Below are positions 63,372 through 64,000 of a stretch of 64,000 bases of DNA, one piece after another; within the stretch, counting starts at the first letter, position 1, and every line of letters begins with the position of its first letter. Source of the stretch: Dehalococcoidia bacterium. GTDB lineage: Bacteria; Chloroflexota; Dehalococcoidia; DSTF01; JACRBR01. The stretch spans positions 124,001 through 188,000 of the forward strand of contig JBGQBE010000002.1 in NCBI GenBank assembly GCA_041494685.1. Reading direction: 5' to 3'. The notes below the pieces were generated by a model. The model did not search any database. It was not told where the DNA came from and saw only the letters and a list, made by a program, of their open reading frames with translations. Position numbers and translations under genes: made by a program.

Positions 63372-64000
63372 CTACCGTGCGCCCTGCACCCATAGCGCCG
63401 CTGTATGCGCTTCCTCGAACCCGAGCGACGCGAACAGCTTGCGCGCCGACCCCTCGATCCCCGTGCGCAGGCCGATGACGTCGCAGCCTTCCGCGCGCGC
63501 GTCGGCGATCGCCGCGGCCAGCAGCGCCGTGCAGATGCCCCGCCGGCGGTACGCTTTCAACGTCGCGACGCCGTAGACGCCGGCCGTCGCGCCGTCCACG
63601 AGCAGGTGCACGGTGCCGGCCGTCTCGCCATCAACCCCGGCCAGGTAGAAGGTGTAGCCCGGCTCCAGCACGCCGGCGAGCACCGATTTCAGCATGAGCG
63701 GCTTCAGCCACTTCTCGCCGCGCGCCGCCGCGATATCCGCGACGGCCCGTGCGTCGTCCGGCTCCGCGCGGCGGATGCGCACGCCCTCCGCGCGCGGCGA
63801 TGGCACGGCGCCGCGGTGCACCATCGTCACCGTGCGCTCGGATGGCGCCAGGCCGCGGCGCCGCAGCCGCTCCTCCAGCGACGCGGGCCGGTCGAGCGGC
63901 GTCACGTACGCCGCCGGCTCGCGGTCGAACGCGCGCAGCAGCGCGAAGCCGATATCGAGCAGGTCGTCGATCGTGCGTTCGTCGGCGGTGAAGGATTCGA
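63372..64000 (-). CDS. GNAT family N-acetyltransferase, 5' end truncated by the window edge
   Basis: VYGVATLKAYRRRGI and FASLGF. Frame is open to the window end. Confidence 0.85.
   Translation of the reverse strand, partial: ESFTADERTIDDLLDIGFALLRAFDREPAAYVTPLDRPASLEERLRRRGLAPSERTVTMVHRGAVPSPRAEGVRIRRAEPDDARAVADIAAARGEKWLKPLMLKSVLAGVLEPGYTFYLAGVDGETAGTVHLLVDGATAGVYGVATLKAYRRRGICTALLAAAIADARAEGCDVIGLRTGIEGSARKLFASLGFEEAHTAALWVQGAR

Overview
GC-rich bacterial chromosomal segment. Gene content suggests Chloroflexota, possibly Dehalococcoidia; this is inference only. About 60 CDS are present. Housekeeping genes: lysS, greA, rsmD, coaD, secA, pepA, lon, fabF, citrate synthase, dcd, amt-glnK. The main locus is a chemosensory operon on the minus strand, cheW-cheA-cheC-cheD-cheY-cheB-cheR, preceded by a sigma-28-like promoter. 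It ends in two translationally coupled non-canonical genes: an HD-GYP protein lacking its HD dyad, and a stand-alone protein made of a FliM-type CheY-P-binding peptide, a Pro/Ala linker and a coiled coil. This pair is the best candidate for an undescribed system. A distant MCP has a symmetric 4-heptad duplication. All four proteins I called that end in -AA are chemotaxis components. Accessory, less GC-rich patches include a vWA/unknown-gene cluster, an islet between lon and fabF (WYL-like protein, Clp-fold protease with an internal amber codon) and a DUF5131-TcmP pair with a frameshift. Regulatory signals include a terminator in the greA leader, a four-part GlnR-like box upstream of amt, many apparently leaderless genes, REP-like hairpins and heptamer tandem repeats. 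No rRNA, tRNA, CRISPR array or intact transposase was seen. All family assignments come from motif recognition by eye, not database searches.
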